Part shown: positions 37,782 to 46,280 of the stretch, in pieces
Layout of the letters: each line of letters opens with the position of its first letter
Numbering within the stretch: position 1 is the stretch's first letter
Assembly: GCA_963663495.1 (NCBI GenBank)
Contig: OY760427.1
Span: 5,119,690 to 5,183,689, forward strand
Direction: 5' to 3'
Source of the DNA: Rhodothermales bacterium
GTDB taxonomy: Bacteria > Bacteroidota > Rhodothermia > Rhodothermales > Bin80
Length of the DNA: 64,000 bases
Translations under genes and position numbers: made by a program
Notes under the pieces: model-generated
What the model saw: only the letters and a program-made list of their open reading frames with translations
Told to the model about the DNA's origin: nothing
Databases searched by the model: none

Positions 37782-38849
37782 TCAGTCGCGCAAGCGGACG
37801 CCAAGCCCGGGGGCGTTGAGCGTAAACAGTCTGCCCCCGTCCAGGCGCACGCCTCCTGTTGCGGCATCCCTTGAAAGATCAAAACTGCCATCAAGGTCGA
37901 GGTATCGGGTCGCAGGACACGCGTACGCCGTGTGCAATGCAGCCGCAATGCTGATTACGCTTTCGTCCATACAACCCCACATGAGCGATTTCCCCGCGTT
38001 ATGCGCCGTACGGGCGATAGCCCGCGCCGCCAGCACGCCCCCGCACTTCATCAGCTTAATATTGAAGATGCCGTAGGGACCGGAGCTGCCGGACAACTTC
38101 TTCGCGTCCTCCTCGGAATGCAGGCTCTCGTCGGCTGCCATCCTCGGTACTACGCTTTTCGGGAGGCTGCCCAGCGCATGGCAGGAGCCCGGTGGCATGG
38201 GTTGCTCTATCAGTTCGATGTCCAGTTCAGACACCAGTGCAGATAGTGCTCTCGTTTCTTCCAGGTTGTATCCCTGGTTTGCGTCCACCCGGATACGAAT
38301 GGACGGACCCACACGACGCCGCAGCGCATGGAGCCGCTCAGCATCTTCCAGCGCGTCGTGCCCAAGCTTGACCTTGATGCAGGAGAAGCCGCGGCCCACA
38401 TACTCATCGGCCTCACGCAGGGTCTCAGCAACCGATAGAATACCGATAGTGATGGATGTTGCAAGGCCCCGGTGGTGGCGACCGAGGTAATCGACCAGTG
38501 GCTTGCCTGCCGCACATGCCAACAGGTCATGCAACGCCATATCCAGCGCCGCCCGCGCGGAAGGGTGGGCGGCAAGCCTTTGCCCCACCCACTCTACGAG
38601 TTTCCTGCTATCGTCCAAGCTACTGCCAACCAGTGTGTCCCGACCGACAGCCTCTATTCTATCGGCGCAAGACGCTGCGGTCTCACCCGTAACATCGGTT
38701 GGTGCCGCGGATCCAAGGCCTACCTTGCCGCAATCCGTGGCAAGGCGAACAAACTGAAGGGAGACGGCATCCACCGACTTGAAGGCGATGGTATAGGGAC
38801 GTACTAACGGCAGGTCTTCCTGCCAGGACTCAAGATGCCGTATGACCAT
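37782..38849 (-). CDS. Enolase-superfamily dipeptide epimerase (L-Ala-D/L-Glu epimerase-like)
   Basis: Mandelate racemase/muconate-lactonising-type motifs (KVKLG, RVDANQGY, IEQP, ADES, KLMKCGG). Confidence 0.8.
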   Translation of the reverse strand: MVIRHLESWQEDLPLVRPYTIAFKSVDAVSLQFVRLATDCGKVGLGSAAPTDVTGETAASCADRIEAVGRDTLVGSSLDDSRKLVEWVGQRLAAHPSARAALDMALHDLLACAAGKPLVDYLGRHHRGLATSITIGILSVAETLREADEYVGRGFSCIKVKLGHDALEDAERLHALRRRVGPSIRIRVDANQGYNLEETRALSALVSELDIELIEQPMPPGSCHALGSLPKSVVPRMAADESLHSEEDAKKLSGSSGPYGIFNIKLMKCGGVLAARAIARTAHNAGKSLMWGCMDESVISIAAALHTAYACPATRYLDLDGSFDLSRDAATGGVRLDGGRLFTLNAPGLGVRLRD

Positions 38850-39903
38850 GACGACAACGGGCTGCGATGGTTTGAGCGATCAAGGTTACACCGTCCTCCA
38901 GCGGGATGGCTACGGGCAGGCCCAGCGATGCAGAAAGATCCTTTTGGGCCCGGAGAGCCTGGCGCCTCGTCATGCCGCGCGTGAAGAGGCTTATGCCCCA
39001 GACATCCGCGCCCAATATCCTGACCAGAGCAATCTCATCTTCCAATGACGGGATCCGGCATCCGGTGGACTCAAAGCCTTCATAAAACTGACGGTTCGGA
39101 GCATGCTGCAGAATGACCCCATGTGCTGCGCCGGAAAGAATAAGCTCGGAACCGGCCGGTCCTGAAGGATTTCGCAGGCCCGACTGTCCTTCCATGAGTA
39201 TTATGTCCGGGTGGGAGCCTGCTTCACATGCGAGCAGCGCCGCTTCAAGCTCCCCGGAGACAAAATCGTTGAGTGTGGCATCGAAAATAAATCCGTAGTC
39301 AAGTCCCTGCAGCCACCCTGTCTGGCCGGTAAATATCATCTGCGTATTAATGCCAAAGGCCCGAAGCTCATCGCGGAGAAGCAGACAGGTAGTGCGTTTG
39401 CCGATGGCGCAATCTGTCCCCAGCACGGCCACACGCCGAGCCTGTACGGAGTAGACCTCGCCTGTCCAAAACCGAAGATCTCGTGTTGGCTTCGGTTTAC
39501 GTATGTCAATAATGGATCCCCCGCTTCCCTCTATAAGCTTGCAGATCGCGGGATCGGCGGATAGCAGGTGATGCAATCCATTGACCAGTGTCATGCCATG
39601 TGCGGCAGCTGATTTGAGATCACTATAAAGCGTGCGAGGAAGAACGCCGCCGATGGTCGCAACGCCGATAACGCAATGTGTGGGGGGCGGCGTTAAGGTT
39701 GCAAGCGCATCCGGCACGGAGCCGAGCACAGGGATGCCCCTACGTTCACCGTCCAGTATGCTCCCGGCGTCCTGCCCGGACTGCTGTGCGTCAACTACCG
39801 CGGCAAGCTCATATCTGCAAGGGCCGCGTACCAGACCGTGCGTCGTCTTTGCGAAAACGGAGTCGAAGTAGCCCGCTGTCAGTGCTATTGCCCGGGAATG
39901 CAT
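38830..39903 (-). CDS. DUF1611-family protein (usual partner of the dipeptide epimerase)
   Basis: P-loop-like LGTDCAIGKRTT, family-typical length, and a 20-nt overlap with the epimerase gene. Confidence 0.7.
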   Translation of the reverse strand: MHSRAIALTAGYFDSVFAKTTHGLVRGPCRYELAAVVDAQQSGQDAGSILDGERRGIPVLGSVPDALATLTPPPTHCVIGVATIGGVLPRTLYSDLKSAAAHGMTLVNGLHHLLSADPAICKLIEGSGGSIIDIRKPKPTRDLRFWTGEVYSVQARRVAVLGTDCAIGKRTTCLLLRDELRAFGINTQMIFTGQTGWLQGLDYGFIFDATLNDFVSGELEAALLACEAGSHPDIILMEGQSGLRNPSGPAGSELILSGAAHGVILQHAPNRQFYEGFESTGCRIPSLEDEIALVRILGADVWGISLFTRGMTRRQALRAQKDLSASLGLPVAIPLEDGVTLIAQTIAARCRHGHTAS

Positions 39904-39963
39904 GCCTTGCGCATATTCTGGCTCGGTACAGACTCAATATACATTCCGCGGAACCTTGCCCGT

Positions 39964-41218
39964 TTAGTCCCAATGCCGGCCCGGTATGCGTGTACGCAAT
40001 ACTCCGCGGTACCTCATGACAAGACATTGGCTCACCAACCGTTGGGCCCTACGATGGCGCAGGCAGACGTGCCCTTTCCGCGCAGGGCAACAGCACCTAA
40101 GCGCTTTCCCTCCGGTCTTCCTGTACAGATTCACAAGCTGCTCTGCCGGATAGGCTTCTGCATCCAGATCGGTGATCAGATAGAAATGCCGCGGGAAAAG
40201 CTCTCCCGGCACCGGATCAACCACGAGCACCACACGACGCTCTACGGACCAGCACTTTGCACGGTAGCGCAGTTCGTGGTAGCATTCGTCCGATGGCTGA
40301 TCACCCTCCAAATGAGGCGCCGCAAGCCCGTCAATCACATCGTTTCCTTTCAGACGCATCACATAGCCGATACGGTCGTTCTCCAGCTTATCACATAACT
40401 CTCCACTGTTGAAGCCTGCGTCCAATCGGACAATGACCCTGTCGGCCACATGTTCACGCAATGCCAGCCCAATGCGTCGAATGAAACCGTAGCAGTCCTT
40501 CACCACATTCTGCGTGCCCCCTCGCAATTCCGCCCCCAACATGTCACCCGACTCACCGCATATGGCGATAAGGAGCAGAAAGATGGTGCGCTTATAATAC
40601 CCGTTCCATTTGCTGCCCTGCTGCTTGCCATGCGTATCTACCGGTACACCGTCCACATCAAAGACTACCTCGGGGCGGCGCTTCCCGCCACCACGCTGCA
40701 CCAGGTGCTCCATGGCGAATGTCTCTGCAAAAAGGCGCAACTTCTTGAAATTCTTTTTCCCGGCCAACATGCGCACGAAGCGAGACATGGTTGGCTGGGA
40801 TGCCAGGGACCTATCGTCTCTGTAATGCCTCCATACCCCTTTTGGAAGAAGTGGCCACGCGCATGGCGGGGTCCCTTCGAAGCTTGTCCGCATCTGACTG
40901 ACGGCCCCACCCCTGCACATGTTGCAGCAGGTACTGCCGCACTAACTCCTCAAGGCTATGCGTAATCCGAGCTTGGGACCGATTGTCCTTAAGCACGGAA
41001 GCGAGTCGGCATGCCAAGGTGCTGATCACCATGAGCAGGCGCATAGGAATGACGCCCGCATCCGATGTTAGATTATCGGTCTTGGAGCGTACAACTTTAG
41101 CGGATTTATTGAACTGGCAAGCGAACAGAAGGTTGGATTTGGGATCTTGCATCGGGTGTGTTACAGGGTGAATGGGTATTGGGGTCTCTAAACGTTTGAG
41201 TATCGCGCAAGAACCCAT
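39964..41218 (-). pseudogene. IS1380-family transposase, frameshifted with a degenerate 3' part
   Basis: Two overlapping ORFs in different frames (40811..41218 and 39964..40920). The N-terminal part is ...LTSDAGVIPMRLL...ITHSLEELVRQYLLQHVQGWGRQSDADKLRRDPAMRVA. It continues as ...SLASQPTMSRF...VFDVDGVPVDTHGKQQG... The tail after LYRKTGGKA is non-homologous. Confidence 0.75.
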
Positions 41219-41583
41219 TCCAACCGTGTATAGCCAACATCTTACACCATAAACTTAAACGACGATTTCCCGCCGGTTAACTCCCTTATGAATAAGGGAG
41301 GGTTATGGTAGGACAATTTTCAGCTGCCGTACGATTTTGCAGAAAACGCCAACATGCATAGATGGCTGTAACGTAAACTTGGGGGGTTATATGGCTGAGT
41401 GCCACGCGTTTTCGCAGGAGTTACTTTTTGTGCTTTGGTGGTGCAGACAGGATGGCTTTCGCCAGTTTTTCATAATCGATTCCCGCTTTTCACGAACAAA
41501 CTGCAATTATTTCAAATAACTCAACACGTGGGTATTCATGCTATATAATTACCATCTATTAGGGAATTATATAGCACAGTGCC

Positions 41584-42812
41584 ATGCCCGAAACGGTTAG
41601 TGCATACCGCAATATCACATACAGGCTGTTGCCCGGAAGTCGGAGTAACGCCAAGCAACTTGCTGGATTAGCGGGTGCGTGTAGGTTTGTGTGGAATGCC
41701 ATCCTCGCAGAGCAGAGCGAGGCGCACAAGAAAGCGAAAGAGGCTGGAGAGAAGCCGCCCTCGGTACGCTTCTTCTCGCTGGGGAAGCGGTTCACGGCGC
41801 TGCGCCGCACGGTCGAGTGGCTACCTGAATACTCCTTTGGTGTCGTTAGATACACATTGTCGTTAGATACACATTGTCGTTAGATACACATTGAAATATC
41901 AGGCGGATGCATGGAAGGCATTCTTCAAGGAGGGTAAGAGAAGACCGAGATTCCATTCCAGACGTGCGTAGTACGCCTTCGTTCACGATCCCGGATAACG
42001 TAAGGGTTCGGGATGGTAAGCTGTATATCCCGAAAGTGGGATATATGGCGCTCCGCAGGCGGGGAGGCAACCCGTACCCTGATGGTATACCCGTCAACGC
42101 CACGGTAAAGAAGAACGCCGGCAAGTGGTATGCTGTCATCCGCTACAAGATGGAGGCACCTGTAATAGAGGATACCGGCGGTGCTGTAGGCATTGACCGT
42201 AATTGCGGGCAGGTCGCTATGGTCTCCACAGAGGGCGATACAAGCACTGTCAGACAACCGGATACGAAGCGTCTTGATGCCAAGTTGAAGCGGCATCAGC
42301 GAAGACTGGCGAGACAGAAGAAAGGCTCCAACCGTCGTAACAGGCGGAAGCATAGAATCGCCCGCATACAGCGCAAGCGTACTAACGTCCTCAAGAATGC
42401 GAACCACCAGGGTAGTCGCAGTATTGCCAATTGCTCCTCAACGGTGATACTGGAGGACCTGAAGATCAAAGCGATGACACGTTCAGCTAAGGGGACGATG
42501 GAGAGCTTTGGCACAAACGTCAGACAGAAGTCTGGCCTCAACCGTGGGATACTGCAAACAGGTTGGGGCCAGCTGGATCAGATGCTGGGCTATAAGTGCC
42601 GCAAGGTGATAAAGGTTACCGCTGCCTATAGCAGTCAGCGGTGTTCTGTGTGTGGGCACACAGAAGCGAGTACCCGTAAGACACGGAGCAAATTCACGTG
42701 TATGTCCTGTGGCCATGCGGATCATGCAGACCTGAATGCGGCTGCAAACATACTGGCCTCCGGGATTGGGGCTGCTGCACGGCGAGGGGCGTTTGGGTAC
42801 CGACCCCTATGA
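41584..42812 (+). pseudogene. tnpB: tnpB pseudogene (copy 2)
   Basis: About 95% identical to 31650..32900 but split into ORFs 41584..41883 and 41907..42812. The lesions are a 34-bp tandem expansion (41841..41891), a 1-bp insertion near 41965, and a 1-bp deletion near 42797 that moves the stop. Confidence 0.9.
41841..41891 (+). repeat. Perfect triplication of a 17-bp unit inside tnpB copy 2
   Basis: TGTCGTTAGATACACAT occurs three times back to back (41841..41857, 41858..41874, 41875..41891). The intact copy 1 has a single unit. Confidence 0.97.
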
Positions 42813-42907
42813 CCCGTGAAATTGATACCAGTGCCTCACTGGGTACAGTTGGTCACTCACGTATATAATTCCCTAAACTTGAAACGCTGAATTGATTACG
42901 ACGAACG

Positions 42908-45478
42908 ATGATACCAAAACCGGTCCGAACCCTTACCGCCTCCCCAGCACTACCGCCGGCCCTCATGCGTTTGCGCGAGCTGGCTTACAATCTGCGATGG
43001 GCTTGGGATGAAGATGCGCTTGACCTGTTCCGCCGGCTCGGCACTGATCATTGGTCAGCGTCCGGACACAACCCCGTCCTGCTGCTCGGCATATTGCCCC
43101 AGCAGGAACTGATAGACGCAAGCAACGACGAATCTTTTCTAGCGCACTTGAAGCGCGTGAGTGCGGACCACGATGCCTACATGGCACAAACATCAACCTG
43201 GTACCAGAAAAACGGTGGAGAGAACACCGATGTAGTCGCCTACTTCTCCGCGGAGTTCGGGGTGACGGAATGTTTGCCGATTTTCGCGGGCGGCCTTGGA
43301 GCGCTGGCAGGTGACCATCTCAAGTCGGCCAGCGATATGGGTATCCCTCTTGTGGGGGTAGGACTACTGTATCAACAGGGATATTTTCGGCAGCACCTCA
43401 ATGAGGCGGGATGGCAGCAGGAAACCTACCAGCCCAACGATTTTGCCAATCTGCCGTTAGTGCTGGAGTATGACACGCATGGGGCGCCGCTAACCGTTAG
43501 CGTGGGATTTCCGGGACGGCAGGTTCACGCACGGATCTGGCGCGTGCAGGTGGGGCGCGTACCGCTGTATCTCCTTGATACGAACTTTGCCGCCAATCCG
43601 CGCGACGAGGACAGGGACCTGACAGATTACCTCTATGGCGGCGGCGATGAGCTTCGTATCCGGCAGGAGGTGATGTTGGGAATAGGAGGCTATCGTGCAC
43701 TGCACGCACTGAACATACGCCCCGGGATCTACCATATCAACGAAGGCCATTCGGCCTTCCTCGCACTGGAGCGGATACGCATCTACATGCAGAGCAAAGG
43801 TCTCTCGTTTGATGAAGCGCGTCTTGCGGCAACAGCAGGAATCGTCTTTACTACGCACACGCCGGTGGAGGCGGGGCATGATCGATTCGTCCCGCGCCTG
43901 ATGGACACCTACCTCACAGGATTTGCAGAACGGGAATTGCATCTTTCGCGGCGGGACTTTCTCGGACTCGGCAGGCATGACGCGAACAATGACAACGAGA
44001 AATTCGGCATGACGAAGCTTGCTCTCCAGATGTGTGCGGTTTGCAACGGTGTCGCCAAGCTCCACGGAGAGGTTAGCCGGAAAATGTGGCAGAATCTCTG
44101 GCCTAATGTGCCGGAGCACGAAATACCGATTGGGCATGTAACGAACGGGGTGCATGTATCAAGCTGGCTGTCGTCAGATATGAAACAGCTTTTTGATCGG
44201 TATCTGGGGCCGAGGTGGAGGACGGAACCGGGAGACAGGTCTATATGGAGCCGCATAGACCAGGTGCCGAGGGCTGCCTTGTGGCGGACGCATGTCTTGC
44301 GGCGCGAGCGATTGATTGATCTGGCACGCAAGCGCGTGCAACTACAACTGCATCGCGTCGGCGCACCCCAAGCTGACCAGCATGCTGCAGCTGCGGTACT
44401 TGACCCTCAAGCATTGACGATAGGGTTCGCCCGTCGCTTTGCGACCTACAAGAGGGCGACGCTCCTTCTCAGCGACCTGGATCGCCTTGCGCGCATCGTA
44501 GGCAGCGAGGACCATCCGGTGCAGATCATATTCTCCGGCAAGGCACACCCCAGAGACCAACCGGGCAAGGAACTCATACAGCGCATTGTGACAATAGCAA
44601 GACAGCACCCATTTCGTGGTCGCATTGTGTTTCTTGAAGACTATGACATGGCCATCACCAGGGCGATGGTGCAAGGGGCGGATGTTTGGCTTAACACGCC
44701 CCGGAGGCCCCGCGAGGCCAGTGGCACAAGCGGAATGAAAGCCGCCGTGAATGGGTGCCTGAATGTCAGCGTGTTGGATGGATGGTGGGACGAAGCATAC
44801 GATCCGGATCTCGGGTGGGCCATCGGCACAAGAGAGGTTATATCAGACCAAGCCTATCAGGATGCTGTTGAGGCAGACAATCTGTATGACGTTCTGGAGC
44901 ACGACATTGTGCCGCTGTTCTACAGGCGAACATCCGACGGGCTGCCGCGCGAGTGGATCCAGCGGATGCACGGCTCCATTGCCGAGTATGCATCACGGTT
45001 CAATTCCCATCGCATGGTAGAGGAGTACTATACCGGGGCCTACCGCTTGGTGGCCAGCCATTGCAATGATCTGATTACCGAGGATATGAGCAACGTGCAA
45101 GCGCTTGCCGCTTGGAGCGGCAAGGTTGCATCGAAATGGGGTTCGGTACGGATCCGTACAGAGGGGTGCGGGACCAAGAGTATGTTGCAGGTGGGCGAGA
45201 CCTTTTGCGTACGCGCAAGCGTGGACCTCGGTGGGCTTGAACCAGATGACGTGGATGTCGAACTCTACTTCGGCGAGGTGACAGCTGCAGAGGAGATCGT
45301 GCACCCGCAAGTGATCCCACTTGAGATGACGGGTAGAGACGGTGGCACCTACGCGTTTGGCACCGATACCGTTACCTGCCCCCGCAGCGGCTTGTTCGGA
45401 TATACGGTACGGGTCGTACCGAAACGGAAGGGTGTACCTTGGATGCGGGGTTGGGCCGTATGGCCATCTGCCGAATAA
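42908..45478 (+). CDS. glgP: Alpha-glucan phosphorylase (GT35, DUF3417-type N-terminus)
   Basis: LAYNLRWAWDEDALDLF N-terminal region. PLP-lysine motif EASGTSGMKAAVNG. Confidence 0.9.
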   Translation: MIPKPVRTLTASPALPPALMRLRELAYNLRWAWDEDALDLFRRLGTDHWSASGHNPVLLLGILPQQELIDASNDESFLAHLKRVSADHDAYMAQTSTWYQKNGGENTDVVAYFSAEFGVTECLPIFAGGLGALAGDHLKSASDMGIPLVGVGLLYQQGYFRQHLNEAGWQQETYQPNDFANLPLVLEYDTHGAPLTVSVGFPGRQVHARIWRVQVGRVPLYLLDTNFAANPRDEDRDLTDYLYGGGDELRIRQEVMLGIGGYRALHALNIRPGIYHINEGHSAFLALERIRIYMQSKGLSFDEARLAATAGIVFTTHTPVEAGHDRFVPRLMDTYLTGFAERELHLSRRDFLGLGRHDANNDNEKFGMTKLALQMCAVCNGVAKLHGEVSRKMWQNLWPNVPEHEIPIGHVTNGVHVSSWLSSDMKQLFDRYLGPRWRTEPGDRSIWSRIDQVPRAALWRTHVLRRERLIDLARKRVQLQLHRVGAPQADQHAAAAVLDPQALTIGFARRFATYKRATLLLSDLDRLARIVGSEDHPVQIIFSGKAHPRDQPGKELIQRIVTIARQHPFRGRIVFLEDYDMAITRAMVQGADVWLNTPRRPREASGTSGMKAAVNGCLNVSVLDGWWDEAYDPDLGWAIGTREVISDQAYQDAVEADNLYDVLEHDIVPLFYRRTSDGLPREWIQRMHGSIAEYASRFNSHRMVEEYYTGAYRLVASHCNDLITEDMSNVQALAAWSGKVASKWGSVRIRTEGCGTKSMLQVGETFCVRASVDLGGLEPDDVDVELYFGEVTAAEEIVHPQVIPLEMTGRDGGTYAFGTDTVTCPRSGLFGYTVRVVPKRKGVPWMRGWAVWPSAE

Positions 45479-45483
45479 GGTGT

Positions 45484-46275
45484 CTATGGGATTGCAGGCA
45501 GTTGCGCCAAGTCCAGCTTGCCCGGGTTCTCAAAAATCGCGGCAGGTAGGTCGTCGAACACGGCCACATTAGGCAAAATTAAGGACGACCCGTCGGGGCG
45601 CATCCCCCTGTCGTCGGAAAGAAGGATGGCTCCGTGTCGTTGCCAGTTCAGCCATGGATACGTCATTTTCGGTTCGGGATCGTCCGAAGAGGCATAGTAG
45701 GACCATTGCCCCACCAGCATGGTCTCCGTATCAATAAACACTTCGTAGCGGTTATCAGGGGTCATCCCGACATCCTTGAATGTTAGCGAAAGGACTTCCG
45801 CCGCCCGACCATCTTCCATGATCCCGGCCCCCTCGTATCGGAGTGTGACACCGGAATCCTTAAGCTTGTAGGGCATAAGCAGCCAGTACGAACTATTTAT
45901 CCAGTTCCGGTAGGCCTGCAGGAGAAGAGAATCACGGCCGCGCGTGTCCGTTACATGCAGTCCGTTTTGCCATGCATCGCCGTGCCGGGATTCCAGATTC
46001 ATCAGAACGACGGTGCTGTCGCGCTGCCAGCGAAATCGGCCCGTCCATTTATCCCAGATCTGATCATCAGCGAAAAAGCTCCAGGACAGGTAGCGGGTCT
46101 GGTCCCACGCGCTCCTCCCTCCCATGCTGCTCATGACATCATCGGCAATCTCCACTGCACGGCTGTCCGAGCCAGCCGCATTAAAACCCTCCATGGGCGG
46201 GTTATCCTCTGCCTGATTGGCGCACGAGATATACAGTAGCAGAGCGAGTAAGATCAGGATAAGGTCGCGCATCAT
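45484..46275 (-). CDS. Hypothetical lipoprotein
   Basis: Lipobox-like N-terminus MMRDLILILLALLLYISC. 263 aa, with coding-like composition. No motif recognised. Confidence 0.5.
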   Translation of the reverse strand: MMRDLILILLALLLYISCANQAEDNPPMEGFNAAGSDSRAVEIADDVMSSMGGRSAWDQTRYLSWSFFADDQIWDKWTGRFRWQRDSTVVLMNLESRHGDAWQNGLHVTDTRGRDSLLLQAYRNWINSSYWLLMPYKLKDSGVTLRYEGAGIMEDGRAAEVLSLTFKDVGMTPDNRYEVFIDTETMLVGQWSYYASSDDPEPKMTYPWLNWQRHGAILLSDDRGMRPDGSSLILPNVAVFDDLPAAIFENPGKLDLAQLPAIP

Positions 46276-46280
46276 TCAAT

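Larger units (their letters stand above)
41382..42873 (+). mobile_element. tnpB-carrying TIR element, copy 2 (1,492 bp, non-autonomous, decayed)
   Basis: The ends are GGGGGTTATATGGCTGAGTGCC and ...GTCACTCACGTATATAATTCCC (16 of 22 positions inverted-repeat). A perfect 8-bp direct repeat TAAACTTG lies immediately outside both ends (41374..41381 and 42874..42881). Confidence 0.85.

Noticed and set aside
40450-40965. 171-aa plus-strand ORF
   Set aside because: It is antisense to the IS1380 transposase pseudogene and has no motifs.
41382-41583. The ~200-bp conserved leader upstream of tnpB, considered as a group I intron (IStron-like) or as an independent MITE
   Set aside because: It is too short for a group I intron and I saw no intron-like paired elements. 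An internal TATATAATT(A/T) near its 3' end weakly resembles a right end. However, both full copies keep leader and tnpB together within one TSD-flanked unit, so a single element is the simpler reading.
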